DNA of 64,000 nt from the human T2T-CHM13v2.0 reference genome, Homo sapiens. Under the pieces are notes generated by a model, which ran no database searches, was not told where the DNA came from, and worked only from the letters and a program-made list of their open reading frames with translations. Position numbers and translations under genes: made by a program. The stretch lies in the NCBI RefSeq assembly GCF_009914755.1, contig NC_060933.1; one strand, 5' to 3'. This document shows, in pieces, positions 1-12,949 of this stretch (positions within the stretch are counted from its first letter, which is position 1; the number at the start of each line of letters is the position of its first letter).

Positions 1-1074
1 TATATAAATGGGATGATATCTATACCACTTGACTTCAGATATTGCCCAATAAATGGAAATTTCCATTTATTTCTCTCCTTGTAGACATTACATGTGAAGG
101 AAATAAAAGACTTGAGAAAAGAAAGTTTGCTCTGACTCCAGTGTTTGTGTACCACATAGGAAAGTTTAGGAATGCAATGAAGTTGAGATATAGGAAAAAG
201 TCCAGCATTACTATTCCTACTCAAAAACAGTTTTCATGAAAAGGAATCAATATGGATAGTCAGAAAAGAAATTTTTAATTCATTTGACACATACTTTATT
301 TTAGGTATCTAACCAAACATAGTTTTTACATATTGTGAAACCAAAGAGCAGGTCAGTTTCCATTTTGCATACTCTTCTTCTGGACACCTATGCTCATGGG
401 TTGAAGATTCATTAAAAGCTCTTTTTTTTCCTAGTAATTTTTACATGAATTTATTAATTTCCTTTTATTTTTATAGAAATCGTTCAGTTTGGTAGCATCC
501 ACTTACAGCCAACTTTCCTTTAGAGTATCTTGGGATTCCTTAGCAGTTTAGATGTTTGCCAAACACAGAAATCCTGGAGAAAATCCACAGATGTTAGCCT
601 TGTTGGTGCTTCTTGTTTGCTTTCCTCTGCCTTCCATCTCTTTACATTAACTAAATCCTGACAGCCTCAAAAAGACACATCCACTTACTGGACTGTAAGA
701 TCTACCTGCTTTAGGCTTTCAGGTGCTATTTCTGATGAGACTCCACACCCATTTCCCTGCTGTCTGTATCAGGAGTTCACATCTTGCATTTACCCCAACT
801 CTTTAATCCTCCTATCTCCTTCCAACTCTTTATATTCTCCCCTCCTCCCAATATACCTTTCGACTTGGCTCATATTTGTCCTCTTCAATCTGTCACTCTT
901 TTAACTATCTGATTTTATAATCTATGCTGGCAATCTATCTAAACACAGATGGAAATCTCATTGAATTTGATATTTAATACATATCAACCACCTACCAGGA
1001 TCTCACTGAAACCTGGGAATGAACCATGAAAAACATTCTACACTATGGCACTAAGCAGACCATGATATGTTATT

Positions 1075-1250
1075 TCCTAGCTGAGCAGCTTCATTCAGTT
1101 ACTTAATGTGCTGAAGTCTTTTATCACACCAGTTAACAGAAATAATACACGTATCTCACAGAGTTATTGAGAAATATTACGTGAAATTTTGTCAACTATG
1201 GCTTGCTAGGCATATTATAAAATAAAAGTAACTAAAATAAGACTATTATT
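1075..1250 (+). mobile_element. MIR (SINE) relic
   Basis: Degenerate MIR core: 'gttacttaatgtgctgaagtc...aataatacacgtatctcacagagttattgagaaatattac...ctattatt'. Boundaries approximate. Confidence 0.55.
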
Positions 1251-1844
1251 GGCTCAATGATGATAATATAGTGTCATAAAGCAAGGATTATGAATAATCC
1301 AAGTCTGAGAAACAGTACATCCATTTAAAATAATTTATGAATTGCAATGCTATGGTAAATGTTAATTCTTAGTTCTTTATTTTCAAAAAACTTTGTTGAG
1401 TATCTTCTATGTGCTTGACTTTTCATTTAGAAGTATATCAGATTCAAAGTTGTGTAAAAAATGATTCCTGTTAGCATTTTGGCATAGATCCTTGCAGTAT
1501 TTATAAATATCTATACCTAGACGTCTGTAAATTCTACTTTTGTGAAGATAAAATCAAATTATACTTTTTAAAAAATTTAAATAAATATCATAAAAAGTCT
1601 AGTCCATTTTCCACTTCCCTCCCACTTCAGCACTGGGACTCTTTTATTAATGACACAATGCGCTAAAGGAAGTTAATAAATGGACTAAGATGAAGATATT
1701 TCTAACCTAGTAGAGAAAATATACATTATTATCTACTACTATAACCAAAATAAAATCTTACCTTGTTTTTCTCTATCCTCTAATTTTGATGCAATATTTA
1801 AATTGTACTTATTTATTTACCATCAAACTTATCTATTTCCCACC

Positions 1845-2145
1845 TATCCCACTGAAATGAAAGTACCATGAGAACAGGATGTTGTCTATCTTGTTCATGG
1901 CTATATCCCAGCATATACACAGTAGTTGGCGTTAGAAGCTACTCCAGCATATGTATTGTATAATAATGAATTTGTATGATTATATGAACATTCTTGTTCT
2001 CTCTCTTTCCCTCTTTTCCCTCTCTCTGTTCTTCGAACTCCATGAAGGCATAAATCATGTTTATTTTGTTATTGTTGTCTCCATATGACTTCCAAAATAA
2101 TTGGTACATAGTACATGTTTATAAATATTATAAACAATTGATAAA
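1845..2145 (+). mobile_element. Two adjacent L2 3'-end relics
   Basis: Two degenerate L2 tails: 'gtaccatgagaacaggatgttgtctatcttgttcatggctatatcccagca...' (~1845-1975) and 'ctccatgaaggcataaatcatg...ggtacatagtacatgtttataaatatt' (~2035-2145). Confidence 0.6.
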
Positions 2146-3667
2146 ATAAAGAGGAAATCAGACACCCTTTTTTCATTTTTTTAGAAAACATCCATCATAT
2201 AAACTTGCCTTTTCTTTCCGGAGTAACTTATTTTAGCCTTAATAAAAAGTTTGGTTATGTTCTGATATTTGGTGATAGTTTTAATATGTTTATATTTATT
2301 GCCTCACCTAGGTTACACCTTTCTTATATCCTTTATTAGGGGCAAAGAGTTACCACGTGCAAGGTGCTGCATAAATACCAGGCACAAATTTCACTTCCTC
2401 TACATCTGGCTATATCCTGTATGGATCATTATTCTGTGTTATCTTTCTTAAGAGTTTATGGGATATTGCTATTATACTTTTACTTTTTCATATTAGAATG
2501 TAAGTGGATTTGTTTATTTTTCTTTTCTAAAAAATTCCTTTATTGTAGCTTACAAAAAAATAAGACAACATTTTAAGTAGGTAAGAAAGAGGAGGCAACA
2601 GGAAAACAAATGAAAATAGGAGTGAGATCAATACACAAAAACCATGCTATGAAATACTAAGTATAATCTTTGCAAGGGTGAGCCTCCCATTTGACTCTAA
2701 ATGGCTGTCATAAAGAGGGTAAAATGGGTTTTATGTTATTTACTAATTTATATGATAAAAATTAATATTTTTCTAAGGAATATGATTCTTGCCAATAATA
2801 AGACTAGAAAGATTTCTCTCCCAGTTACCTTTGAGAAGAATATCCACTTTAAACCAATGAACAACACCTCTCAACAATGGTCCTACTATTGAGAATTTTT
2901 CTTATTATATTTATCACACACCACAGCCTCATTCTATAGAAGGAATTCCATCAGGGACCAATGCTTTATAGTCCAGGCCTGTGTCTTTCCCTTGACTACA
3001 TTTGGAGTGCTGATAAATTCATATAATTGAAGAAACTTGTGTAATTTTCCAGGGAAACCATTTCCCTGGGGCAGAGGTATGGTTCCTCCAGACATGCAGT
3101 CTGCACTTTGAATAAAAGTACATTTTTATCACTGGCGGAAGCCTTGCAGGAAACCCCAGGACACAGCAAAAGACCTAAAGCTAAAAAAATCAATAATCAA
3201 GGATTTACAAAGATAGGTGAAATTTAATCAAACACCCTAGCAGTGATTGTGTGAGTGAATCTGAACACTGCCTTGATCAATTTGGCTTGAGTTTCTTACT
3301 ACTGAATATAACAAAATATTAATTTTTATTCCTTGAACAAAACTGATGGCCAGGGCAGGATTCTGCTCATGTCTGAGGCAGGAGACAGAGCACAGGACGT
3401 ATCCCTTGGAGAAAGGGCACATTCTTTCTTGCATTAGATAGCTTTCTTTCTTTAATGATGACATTATTGCAGTTTGCAGATATACTTTAAGGAATATACA
3501 AAAATTAGATATAGCAGCAAATATTTCATAAGAATGAGAAAAGGAATTATCATTTAAAAAATGATTAATACTACAAACATCACACAACCCAGACACTTGC
3601 GCTAGTGAAGGACTGTAAAACTTAAACTTTAATATCTTCGTGGAAAGTCCCCTGTTCTTTGTCATTA

Positions 3668-4028
3668 CAGAGCTGCAGAGGGAATTACAGTGGTTGTTAC
3701 CAGAGGCTGGACTGGGGGCTTGGTAGATGGGGAAAGAAAGGAAAGATGTTGGTCAAAAGGTTCAAAGTTTTAGTTAGGAGGAGTAAATTATATTCATCTT
3801 TTGCACAGCATGGTGATTGGAGTTAATCAATAATGTATATTTCATAATAGCCAAAAGAGAGGATTTTATAATGCTTTCACCACAAAGCAATAAATATTTT
3901 GGGTAATGGATAGGCTAATTAGCCTGATTTAATCATTCCACAATGTTTACATGCTTGGAAACACCACATGGTACCCAGTAAATATATGTATACAACTATT
4001 AGTTCTCTGTCAAAAATAAATAAAATAA
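3668..4028 (+). mobile_element. L1MA-class (L1MA8/9-like) 3' end
   Basis: 'tggttgttaccagaggctgg...gatgttggtcaaaagg...ttgcacagcatggtga...gctaattagcctgatttaatcattccacaatg' followed by an A-rich tail (aaaaataaataaaataa). Confidence 0.85.
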
Positions 4029-4650
4029 CACAGCCATAATCAGGTCCTTATAACCATAGAACTCCCTTACCCTTATATTATTCTGGGTGATATGATGGTT
4101 CTCCCTCAAAGAAGTCTTTGTAAACTGAGTATTAGCAGGGAGAAAGTTGTCCTTCCAGACTTGCTCTACACTAGCTGCCACACTGATTCCCTCAGACGGC
4201 CACAGCTGTGGCATTTCCTAGGCTCATACAGCATTCGTCTACTCTAACACATTTTCTGGAATAAGCAGGGCTTCTTCTACCTCCCCCAATCCTCTTCCTT
4301 GTATTGTTGCTCAGCTGGTGTACCCATTTTTTTCTCCCCAGACTTCCGCCACCGAACACACGCAAGTGTACAAATGTATTTAAGACAATGAGCATTTCGA
4401 AACTTAATTGAGATAGAGTGGACTTTTCGTTAATCTGGAAATGTGAAGGATTCAGGCATGTGGTCTTATCTACACCCCAAATGATAAATCCAGAGAATGT
4501 TGTGGTTAGAGTGATACTGAAAAAAACTGCATTAACAAAGAACAAGTTTGTTGGGGCCATCCTCCTATGACTCCTGTGGTGCCTAGACAAAGAGTCTAGA
4601 GCTAATTGAAAGTCAGGAACAATATTTTCTTTATTGCCTCAACAACCCTT

Positions 4651-5354
4651 TGTTGCTGATGGCGAATCCATATGGATCTGCAACAACCTCAATTTTGTCT
4701 CCTCAGAAGAAAGAATTCAACTGAGGGGCATAAGGCAGAAGTGGAGACCAATTTAGAGCAGGAGTGAAAGTTTATTAAAAAGTTTCAGAGCAGGAATGAG
4801 AGGAAGTACACTTGGAAGAGGGCCAGGCAGGCTACTTGACAGATTAAGTGGGCAGTTTGACCTTTCGACTTGGGGTTTTATACACTGGCATACTTCTGGG
4901 GTCTTGTGTTCCTTCTCCCCTGATGTTTCCCCTGGGGTGGGGAGGTTCGTATGTGCAGAGGCCTGCTAGCATCTGGGAGGGGCCACATGCACAGGGTGTT
5001 TACTGGAGTTGTAGGCATGCTCATTTGAGTCATTTTTCCCTTACCAGTCCAGTGTTCCTATCAAAAGGTCATCACCATTTTACCTCTTAGCGTGCTTAAG
5101 CCCACTCGCCCAACTTCTAAGATGTTATTGGGAGGTCACTGATCACCAGCTTCAGATGTTTCTATCTATTGGGGCACTGCCTTTTATCTACTGGGAGACT
5201 GCCTTTCCCGATTGTTGGTTGTGACCAATTATTATTTTAGAGAGACAGTGTAACAACTGCCTGAGCATCACCGGATGGTCATCTGACATTCCTTGTGGGG
5301 GTGGGGAGACCCTCTCCTGCCCTGCTCATGTCTGAGTAGCTACCTACTGTAATA
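4651..5354 (-). mobile_element. MER50 solo LTR (ERV1)
   Basis: Reverse complement begins TATTACAGTAGGTAGCTACTCAGACATGAGCAGGGCAGGAGAGGG (MER50 5' end), contains AATAAA (tttatt at 4771-4776) and ends ...CAGCAACA. Degenerate 4-bp TSD CCTT/TCTT. Confidence 0.88.
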
Positions 5355-6697
5355 TCTTTATGTCATAATGTCAAGCCTAATATAGTGCTTCATACCTAAG
5401 AATGATGTAAGGACTTGACTAGAAGCACAGTTTTCCATTTTTGAAAAGAAATGAATACTTTCAGAAACTTCCTAAGAATTTATAGAATTCACCTATATAT
5501 TAACTAAATATGAATAGTGTTTATTTTACATGATCATATTAATGATAAGAAAAACATACATTTTGCAGAGTACTCTGTAATCTAAAATGTGCTTTCATAT
5601 CTATTGATTATTATTTGTTCATCAAAGTTCTTTCAAACATGAAGGGAGAAAGCGATCTATTTTTAATTATGCCCTTTGATAAAACAGCATACAAACTTTT
5701 CTACTTTCAGTTACACAAAAATAACAGAACTCAATTTTGTTTGAATTGGAGTTCCACTATATTTTCAGTTCTTTGCACATCAGTCTGAATGGCAACCAGA
5801 CCTTTATTTAGGGAATCTTCATTTTCAGCTGTTGGCACTGCCATCCTTTCAGCTACTCTTAGCCTCTAGAGCCTGCGTATAATAAATAATACAATCTGCT
5901 GGAAGCCTCTAACAGCTCTAAGTGTTTCTGATAATGTGCTGGTGGCATTTTAGACCAGATTTTTAAAACTTCCCTAAAATATAGGAATTACAAAACATTT
6001 ACGGGTTTAAAAGGGCACACATTAATGAACTGCCTGGCTTTATTTTAGATGAGACATCTATTTTCCATCTCAATCACTGAGCACTTATTGCTGTCTGCTA
6101 TTTAAATGGCTGGGACAGCTAACCACCTATTATAAATGACCACAGTCTTTACCATATCTGCATTAAGCTTGATCTACAGGATTGCACTATTAGTTTGGGA
6201 ACCAGTATGTTAGACACACAAACCTCAGATGAATAATAAGCTCTTGTTCAATTCTGAAAGAAAAAAAAAAGCATTTAGTTTCTCATTCACACCTACAAAT
6301 CCTGCCTTCTCATGCTTTCAAATTCTAATCCCTGTGGCAGATTTCAGATAGCCCTTGGGGAAGAAGTTAAAACTTCCATAGTGTTTCAAAATTAGGGCAC
6401 AGATAAAAAAGAAAATAACAAACGCAAGGCAAGCCCTATATTTTCATCTCAAATCATTCTCTCAGAAAGTCCTAATGGGCAAGGTGGGATGCGTACAGGG
6501 ATGAGTACTGTTTTAAGAATGCTTTCAAGCCTCTTGAAATATAGCTAGTTTCACACTAAGTGCTAAAGAAGAGGTTTTTTGGAAAAAGAATTATATTTGC
6601 TATTATTTGTGCATATAATGCAAACATTTCTAGTTCTTGAAGTTTTGAAAAGTGATATATTTTAGGAAGCTAGATTTGTGTTCAAAGTGCTAAAATC

Positions 6698-6975
6698 TTT
6701 TTTCTTTTTTTTTTTTTTGATACGGAGTCTCGCTGTGTCGCCCAGGCTGGAGTGCAGTGGCGCGATCTCGGCTCACCGCAAGCCCCGCCTCCCGGGTTCA
6801 GGCCATTCTCCTGCCTCAGCCTCCTGAGTAGCTGGAACGCTAATATTTTGTATTTTTAGTAGAGAAGGGGTTTCACCATGTTAGCCAGGATGGTCTCGAT
6901 CTCCTGACCTGGTGATCTGCCCACCTTGTCCTCCCAAAGTGCTGGGATTACAGGTGTGAGCCACCGCGCCCGGCC
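6698..6975 (-). mobile_element. AluY with ~22 bp internal deletion
   Basis: Poly-T tail and AluY diagnostics (gcaagc, ccattctc, ttagccaggatggtctcgatctcc). TSD CAAAGTGCTAAAATC(TT) at 6683-6697 and 6976-6990. 'gtagctggaacgctaat' lacks ctacaggcgcccgccaccacgccc. Confidence 0.96.
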
Positions 6976-8023
6976 CAAAGTGCTAAAATCTTATCCCATG
7001 TGGAATATAAGAAAAAACCCAGTTCAGTTTAAGAATGCTGATCAACAGTCTAAATTTCCATTATTTATAATTTAGCTATTCCAAATTGGGGGTGAACTTA
7101 TTCACAATTTTAAAGGTCTACTACTTCTGCATACTTAGCTAAGATTTGTGAAAAGTTTGAAATGGGGCCAGTGACATTTTCACAGTGAAATATTTTGTTG
7201 AAGATAGAGAATTCGTTGAAGAGAACACTTGAACTCATTAATGGGAGAACATCTCAAATAGGTGTCAATGACACCTCAAGTATGATGGCTATAAATAATT
7301 CTCTTTTTCTTTGTCTTCTTTCACAGTGCTGTTCTGGCCTTCCTGGCATTTCTCTTTTCTGGTAATTCAACCTCAATATTTGAACATTTATTAAGAAACT
7401 AAAATTGCTACTATATTTCCAGGGAAAGCACAACCCTCTCACAAATTTGATATGCATTAATTGATCCTGGAATCTTTACTATTAATTATAATTTTAACAC
7501 CAGATTTCATCCTACTTATCTAAGCTATTTGATATTTGCTTCCTTGCTAAGTCATCAAACAAAATATATCTAAAATGAAGCTCTATTGAAATCTGTCTTA
7601 GTGACAAGTGTGTGCAAGAGATTATAATAGATTTAGTAATTTATAGTCTTTCCCGTTAGATTGATATGTTACTTGACTTAATATTTATGTAACCATCGCT
7701 TTTCAATTTTATTAACACTTTTTGAATGTACTCTGTATATCAAGAGACTCAGTGATAATTGCAATAGAATCAAGGATGAATAAAATGCTCTCTAGGCTTT
7801 TACCATAGCATGCCATGAAACTAGCTTCTGAATAAATTGTCACAACATTTGTTTGAATTAAATATATGAATTTTCAGGTGGTTAGAGAAATTTTCTAAGA
7901 TACAATGAAACCCTAATTTTTCTAAGATACCCTAAAATGAAGCCAAATAAATAAACAAAAGGAACAGGTGTCTTAAATAGGACATATGCAGCATAAACAA
8001 AAAGAAAATTTAGGTTGCCCTGG

Positions 8024-8240
8024 ATATATGCATATATATGTGTGTAGACATACTATGTATATGTATGTGTGCATGTGTGTGTATATATATATAGTATGTG
8101 TATACTATGTGTGTGTGCATGTATCAATATAGTACACACATACTATACATATGCTACATATATATCATGTGGGTATGTATTTGTATATGTGTATGTATGT
8201 ACATACACATATACACATATATATATATACAGACACATAC
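8024..8240. repeat. Compound (TA)/(TG)/(CA) low-complexity microsatellite
   Basis: About 215 bp of mostly alternating purine-pyrimidine sequence. Confidence 0.9.
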
Positions 8241-8249
8241 AGCAAGGAT

Positions 8250-10530
8250 TAAAATATTCAAAGGCAATAAAATAGTGCCCTCTGGTCTCTGGCCCTTAGT
8301 GAAGAGCAAAGAAAAACTAAGTTATCTCTCTAGGAACAATCCACAGTTTAGACTCTCAAATTTTCAACATATTAGAGTCAATGAAGTAAAACAAAGAGCA
8401 AGTGACAAAAGACTACAAAATGACCAGGGAGAGTTTAAATATAATAAAATGAAACTTTTAGAAATAAAATATTTATTGTTGAAATTAAAAGCTAAAATGA
8501 ATATCTCTGCTTCAGAAGTAGAAAGCTGTAAAAAATGTTGCACTTGTTCCTAATAACAAAAGTAAGCTATATAAATCACATATTTTTAGTTATTGTCATT
8601 ATTTTTTCTCATCATTCATTACATAATAAAATATAAATGAACTAAATGAGCAAAACTCCAGAGAATGAAAGGAGAAAAGATCCAGGGGTACTCTTATCCA
8701 TGTTGAAACAAAGAAAGGGCAACGTATTTGCAATAGCTTAAAGAAAATCAGTCTAATTTTTTAAAATTTTAATTACAATGTGTTGATTGGCTGACTGGAG
8801 TAAGAGGATTTCCTGACAAGAGCAAAACTGGATGTCCTTCAAAATGCTAATCCACCACCCTCCACAGAATCCTGGAGGTTGCACCATAAAAACAGAGGCA
8901 GGAAAGAAAAAGTGAGAGAAACTCTCCAAGGATTCCAGGTTTTCCAATAAGGAAGTGACAGGAGCAGGATTGTTACTCTTCTGGCTATAAAAATAACTCA
9001 CTTCAGTCTTCATTGAATTTTTATGTAAATGTATAGCACAAAATAAAAATCCATGGAATAGCAAGAAAATGTGATACATATTTTTGAGAGGAAACAGTCA
9101 TGGAATGAAACACAAAAAGAATCCAGATGTTGGAATTGTCAATCATGAACTTTCAAATACCTATGAGAAACTGTTAAGGAGTCTAGCTGAATGCATAAAC
9201 AACATGGATAAGATATAAAGCATTCCAGGAGAGTTATGTAAACTAACAAAAATATCCTAAGGAAAATGCTTGCTATAATAAAACAACAGTAAAAAATGAT
9301 GGGGTTGTTAGAAGACTAATTACAGGTCAATAGACAATGATATAATTTAATCACAAAAGACATTAGTGTCCAAAGACAAAGCATAAGCAGTCTTTTAGAG
9401 AATATAAAGTTATTTAACAGAGTCATAATTAAAGGCTCAGGGGAGTAGAAAAAAATGGGATATATGAAATATTTGAGGAGATAACTGCAGAGATTTCCAA
9501 ACAGGGTGAAAGGCATCAAAGTGCAGATGAGTAAACATAAGGCAAGTTAAAAAAAAACAAAAAACAAAAACTACATCTAAGTATACTATAATCAAATAAA
9601 TAAAAATAATAAAAAATGGGTCTTAATGGCATCTAAAGAAAAAAATGCACCTTATACATGGGGGCAAATTATATGAATGATAATATTTTATTAGAAACAA
9701 TAAAAGCTAGAAGCAAATAAAATTCAACCTTCATAGCCTTCAAAGAAAATAATATCAATTTCAAACTTTATATCTACCAAAAATATTCTTCAAGATCTAA
9801 GGTGAATTAAGAACATTTTTAGACAGATCAAAGCTAAAATAATTTGTCATCAGAAGTCCCTCACAAAAAAATGATAACAATTTTTAGGCTGGAGAAAAAG
9901 ATTCCTTCCTTCAGATGTTGAAATTTTGCATCTGAAGGAAGGAATGAAAAGCCCCATCAAGGTAAATATCTGAGTGAAATAAAGGACTCATATTGGTAAC
10001 AAATCTGTTTGTTTGTAGGTGCCTACCTACATATCTATGTAGACACATGCACACACTCAAAGAATGTGTGTGTGTGTGTGTTCCAGCCAAATTGCATAGT
10101 GATTGCATTTACCCGCCCCCCCAATAAATCAGTAAAACAGATAAAATATATGAAACAACAATTTTTAGACAGACAATATAGGCCTGCAATTCCTGATAGA
10201 TGGAAAACAAAAAAGGTGAGTTCCATGATTTTAACAGTTTATTGCCTGGAAGCAGTTTTGAGGCACAAGAAATGAGAAATGAAACAAAAGACAGTGTTTA
10301 TTGAGTATATAAGACAGAGGTTATATTTCAGGGATACCAGAGTAGCTACAACTTGAAGTTGCAGGATCAAGTCCTAGAAAGAAGACAACTGGGGGTGGTA
10401 GTATGGGGGTGGGAGGAGGGAAAGAGGGAGAGAACGCTAAAATAGGGTATTCTCAAGTCTTTGCTGAAATTCTAATTTATGAATGAGAAACAAAGTTAAG
10501 CACATTGGAAAGAAGAGAGTAAAATAATTA
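8250..10530 (+). mobile_element. Degenerate ancient L1M (L1MC/MD/ME-class) 5'UTR, ORF1 and inter-ORF fragments
   Basis: A-rich strand with ORF1-like text ('atccagatgttggaattgtc...gaaatatttgaggagataactgcagagatttccaaac...aagctagaagc...ttttagacagatcaaagct') and the L1M inter-ORF motif 'aaggaatgaaaagccccatcaaggtaaatat'. 10080-10400 resembles an L1M 5'UTR. Boundaries and subfamily uncertain. Confidence 0.65.
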
Positions 10531-10649
10531 CTTCTAGAAGTCACATAGGACAAGTTGGCTGGATGCTCCAACTGTAACTGGACAAATAGATGCAAGAAAA
10601 AGACAGACTCAGGAATTCCATTTCTAAGTTCAAATGCCATGTAAATGAC

Positions 10650-12949
10650 TGTATTAGTCTGTTCTCATGCTGCTAATAAAGACATACCTGAGACTGGGTA
10701 ATTTATAAAGAAAAAGAGGTTTAATGGACTCACACTTCTACGTAGCTGGGGAGGCCTCACAACCATGGCAGAAGGCAAAGGAGGAGCGAAGTCACATCTT
10801 ACATGGAGGCAGGCAAGAGAGAGAGCATGTTCAGGGGAATGCCCCTTTATAAAACAACCAGATCTCATAAGCCTTATTCACTGTCATGAGAAGAACACGG
10901 GAACAACACACCCCTATGATTCAATTACCTCCCACCAGGTCCCTCCCATGACATGTGGGAATTATGGGAGCTAGAATTCGAGATTTGGGTGGGGACACAG
11001 CCAAACCATATCATTTCACGCCTGGTTCCTCCCAAATATCATGTCCTCATATTTCAAAACCAATCATGCCTTCTCAATAGTTCCTTAAAGTCTTACCTCA
11101 TTTTCAGCATTAACTCAAAAGTCCACAGTTTAAAGTCTCATCTGAGACAAGGCATGTCCCTTCTATCTATGAGCCTGTCTAATCAAAAGCCAGTTAGTTA
11201 GTTTGTAGATACAATAGGGGCACAGACATTGGGTAAATATAACCATTCCAAATGGGAGAAATTGTCCAAAACAAAAGAGCTACAGGGCCCACACCACTCC
11301 AAATTACATTAGGGCAGTTATTAATCCTTAAAGTTCCAAAATAATCTCCCTTCAACTCCATGTTTCACATCCAGGTCTTGCTTATGCAAGAGATTGGCTC
11401 CCACTGCCTTGGTCAGCTCTGCCCCTATGGCTTTGCAGGGTAGGGTACTTCTCTCCTTCTGGCTGCTTTCACAGGGTGCCATTGAGGGTTTGTGGCTTTT
11501 CCAGGTGCATGTTGCAAGCTGCTGGTGGATCTACCATTCTGGGGTCTGGAGGACAGTGGCCTTCTTCTCACAGCTCCACTAGGCAGTGCCCCAGTGGGGA
11601 CTCTGTGTGGTGCTCCAACCCCACATTTCCCTTCCACGCTGCCTGAGGAGAGGTTCTCCAAGAGGGCTCTGCCCCTGCAGTAAACTTCTACCTAGACAAC
11701 CAGGCATTTCCATACATCTTTTAAAATCCAGGCGGAGGTTCCCAAACATCAATTCTTGACTTCTGTGCACCCACAGGCCCAACACCACATGGGGTTTGCA
11801 CCGTCTGAAGCAATTGCCTAAGCTATACATTGGCCCTTTGTAGTTGCGGCTGGAGCTGAAACAGGTGGGATTCAGGGCACCACGTTCAGAGGCTCCATAG
11901 AGCAGGGGACCCTGGGCTCAGTCCATGAAACCATTTTTTCTTCCTAGGCCCTCAGGCCTGTGATAAGAGGGACTGCCACAAAGGTCTCTGATATGCCTTG
12001 GAGACATTTTCACCATGTCTTGGTGATTAACATTGGGCCCATCATTAGTCATGCAAATTTCTGCAGCAGGCTTGAATTTCTCCTCAGAGAATGAGTTTTT
12101 CTTTTCTATTGCATCATTAGGCTGCAAATTCTCCAAATTTTTATGTTCTGATTCCTGTGGAACAGTTTGCCACTTTGAAATTTCTTCCACCAGATACCCT
12201 AAATAATCTCTCTCAAGTTTAAAGTTCCACGGGGCAGGGGCAAAATGCTGCCAGTCTCTTTGTATAGCAAGAGTGACCTTTATTCCAGTTCCCAACAAGT
12301 TCCTCATCATCCAAGTCCACCTTAGCCTGGACCTTGTTGTCCATATCACTGTTACCATTTTGGTCAAAGCCATTCAACAAGTGTCTAGGAAGTTTCACAC
12401 TTTCTTACATCTTCCTATCTTCTGAGCCCTACAAGTCTCTAGTAAGTTCCAAACTTTCCCACCTTTTTCTATCTTCTACTGATCCCTTCAAACTCTTCCA
12501 ACATCTTCCTATTTCCCATTTCCAAAGTCACTTGCACATTTTCAGATATCTTTACAGCAGCACCTCACTTTACTGATACCAATGTACTGTATTAGTCTGT
12601 TTTCACACTGCTAATAAAGACATACCCATGACTGGATAATTTATAAAGAAAAATAAGTTTAATAGACTCACAGTAGACATGGCTGGGGAGGCATCACAAT
12701 CATGGCAAAAGGTGAGGAGGAGTAATGTCATTTCTTACATGACAGCAGGCAAGAGAGAGAGCAGGTGCAGGGCAATTCCCCTTTATAAAACTATCAGATC
12801 TTGTGAGACTTATTCACTATCATAAGAACGGCACAGGAAGGACCTGCCCCCATGATTCAGTTAACTCCCACTGGGTCCCTCCCATGACATGTGGGAATTA
12901 TGGAAGCTACAATTTGAGATTTGAGTGGGGACACAGCCAAACCGTGTAA
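10650..12949 (-). mobile_element. Full-length THE1C MaLR element (LTR 10650-11013, internal 11014-12587, LTR 12588-12949)
   Basis: Two THE1C-type LTRs (tgtattagtc...gctaataaagacatac...ggggacacagccaaacc) flank about 1.57 kb of THE1-int. Perfect 5-bp TSD ATGAC at 10645-10649 and 12950-12954. Confidence 0.95.

Noticed and set aside
3237-3665. 142-aa minus-strand ORF
   Set aside because: No recognisable domain, no coding-like composition and no clear splice signals; compatible with chance.
4322-4410. Plus-strand acceptor tttttttctccccag followed by CpG-containing sequence
   Set aside because: All three frames stop within about 23 codons and no good donor follows.
8069-8553. 68-aa and 151-aa ORFs rich in C/V/Y/I/H/T
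   Set aside because: Produced by the dinucleotide microsatellite running into L1M sequence.
11394-12576. Cluster of ORFs up to 151 aa (also 63524-63808)
   Set aside because: Broken pieces of the THE1/MaLR internal ORF and their antisense frames.
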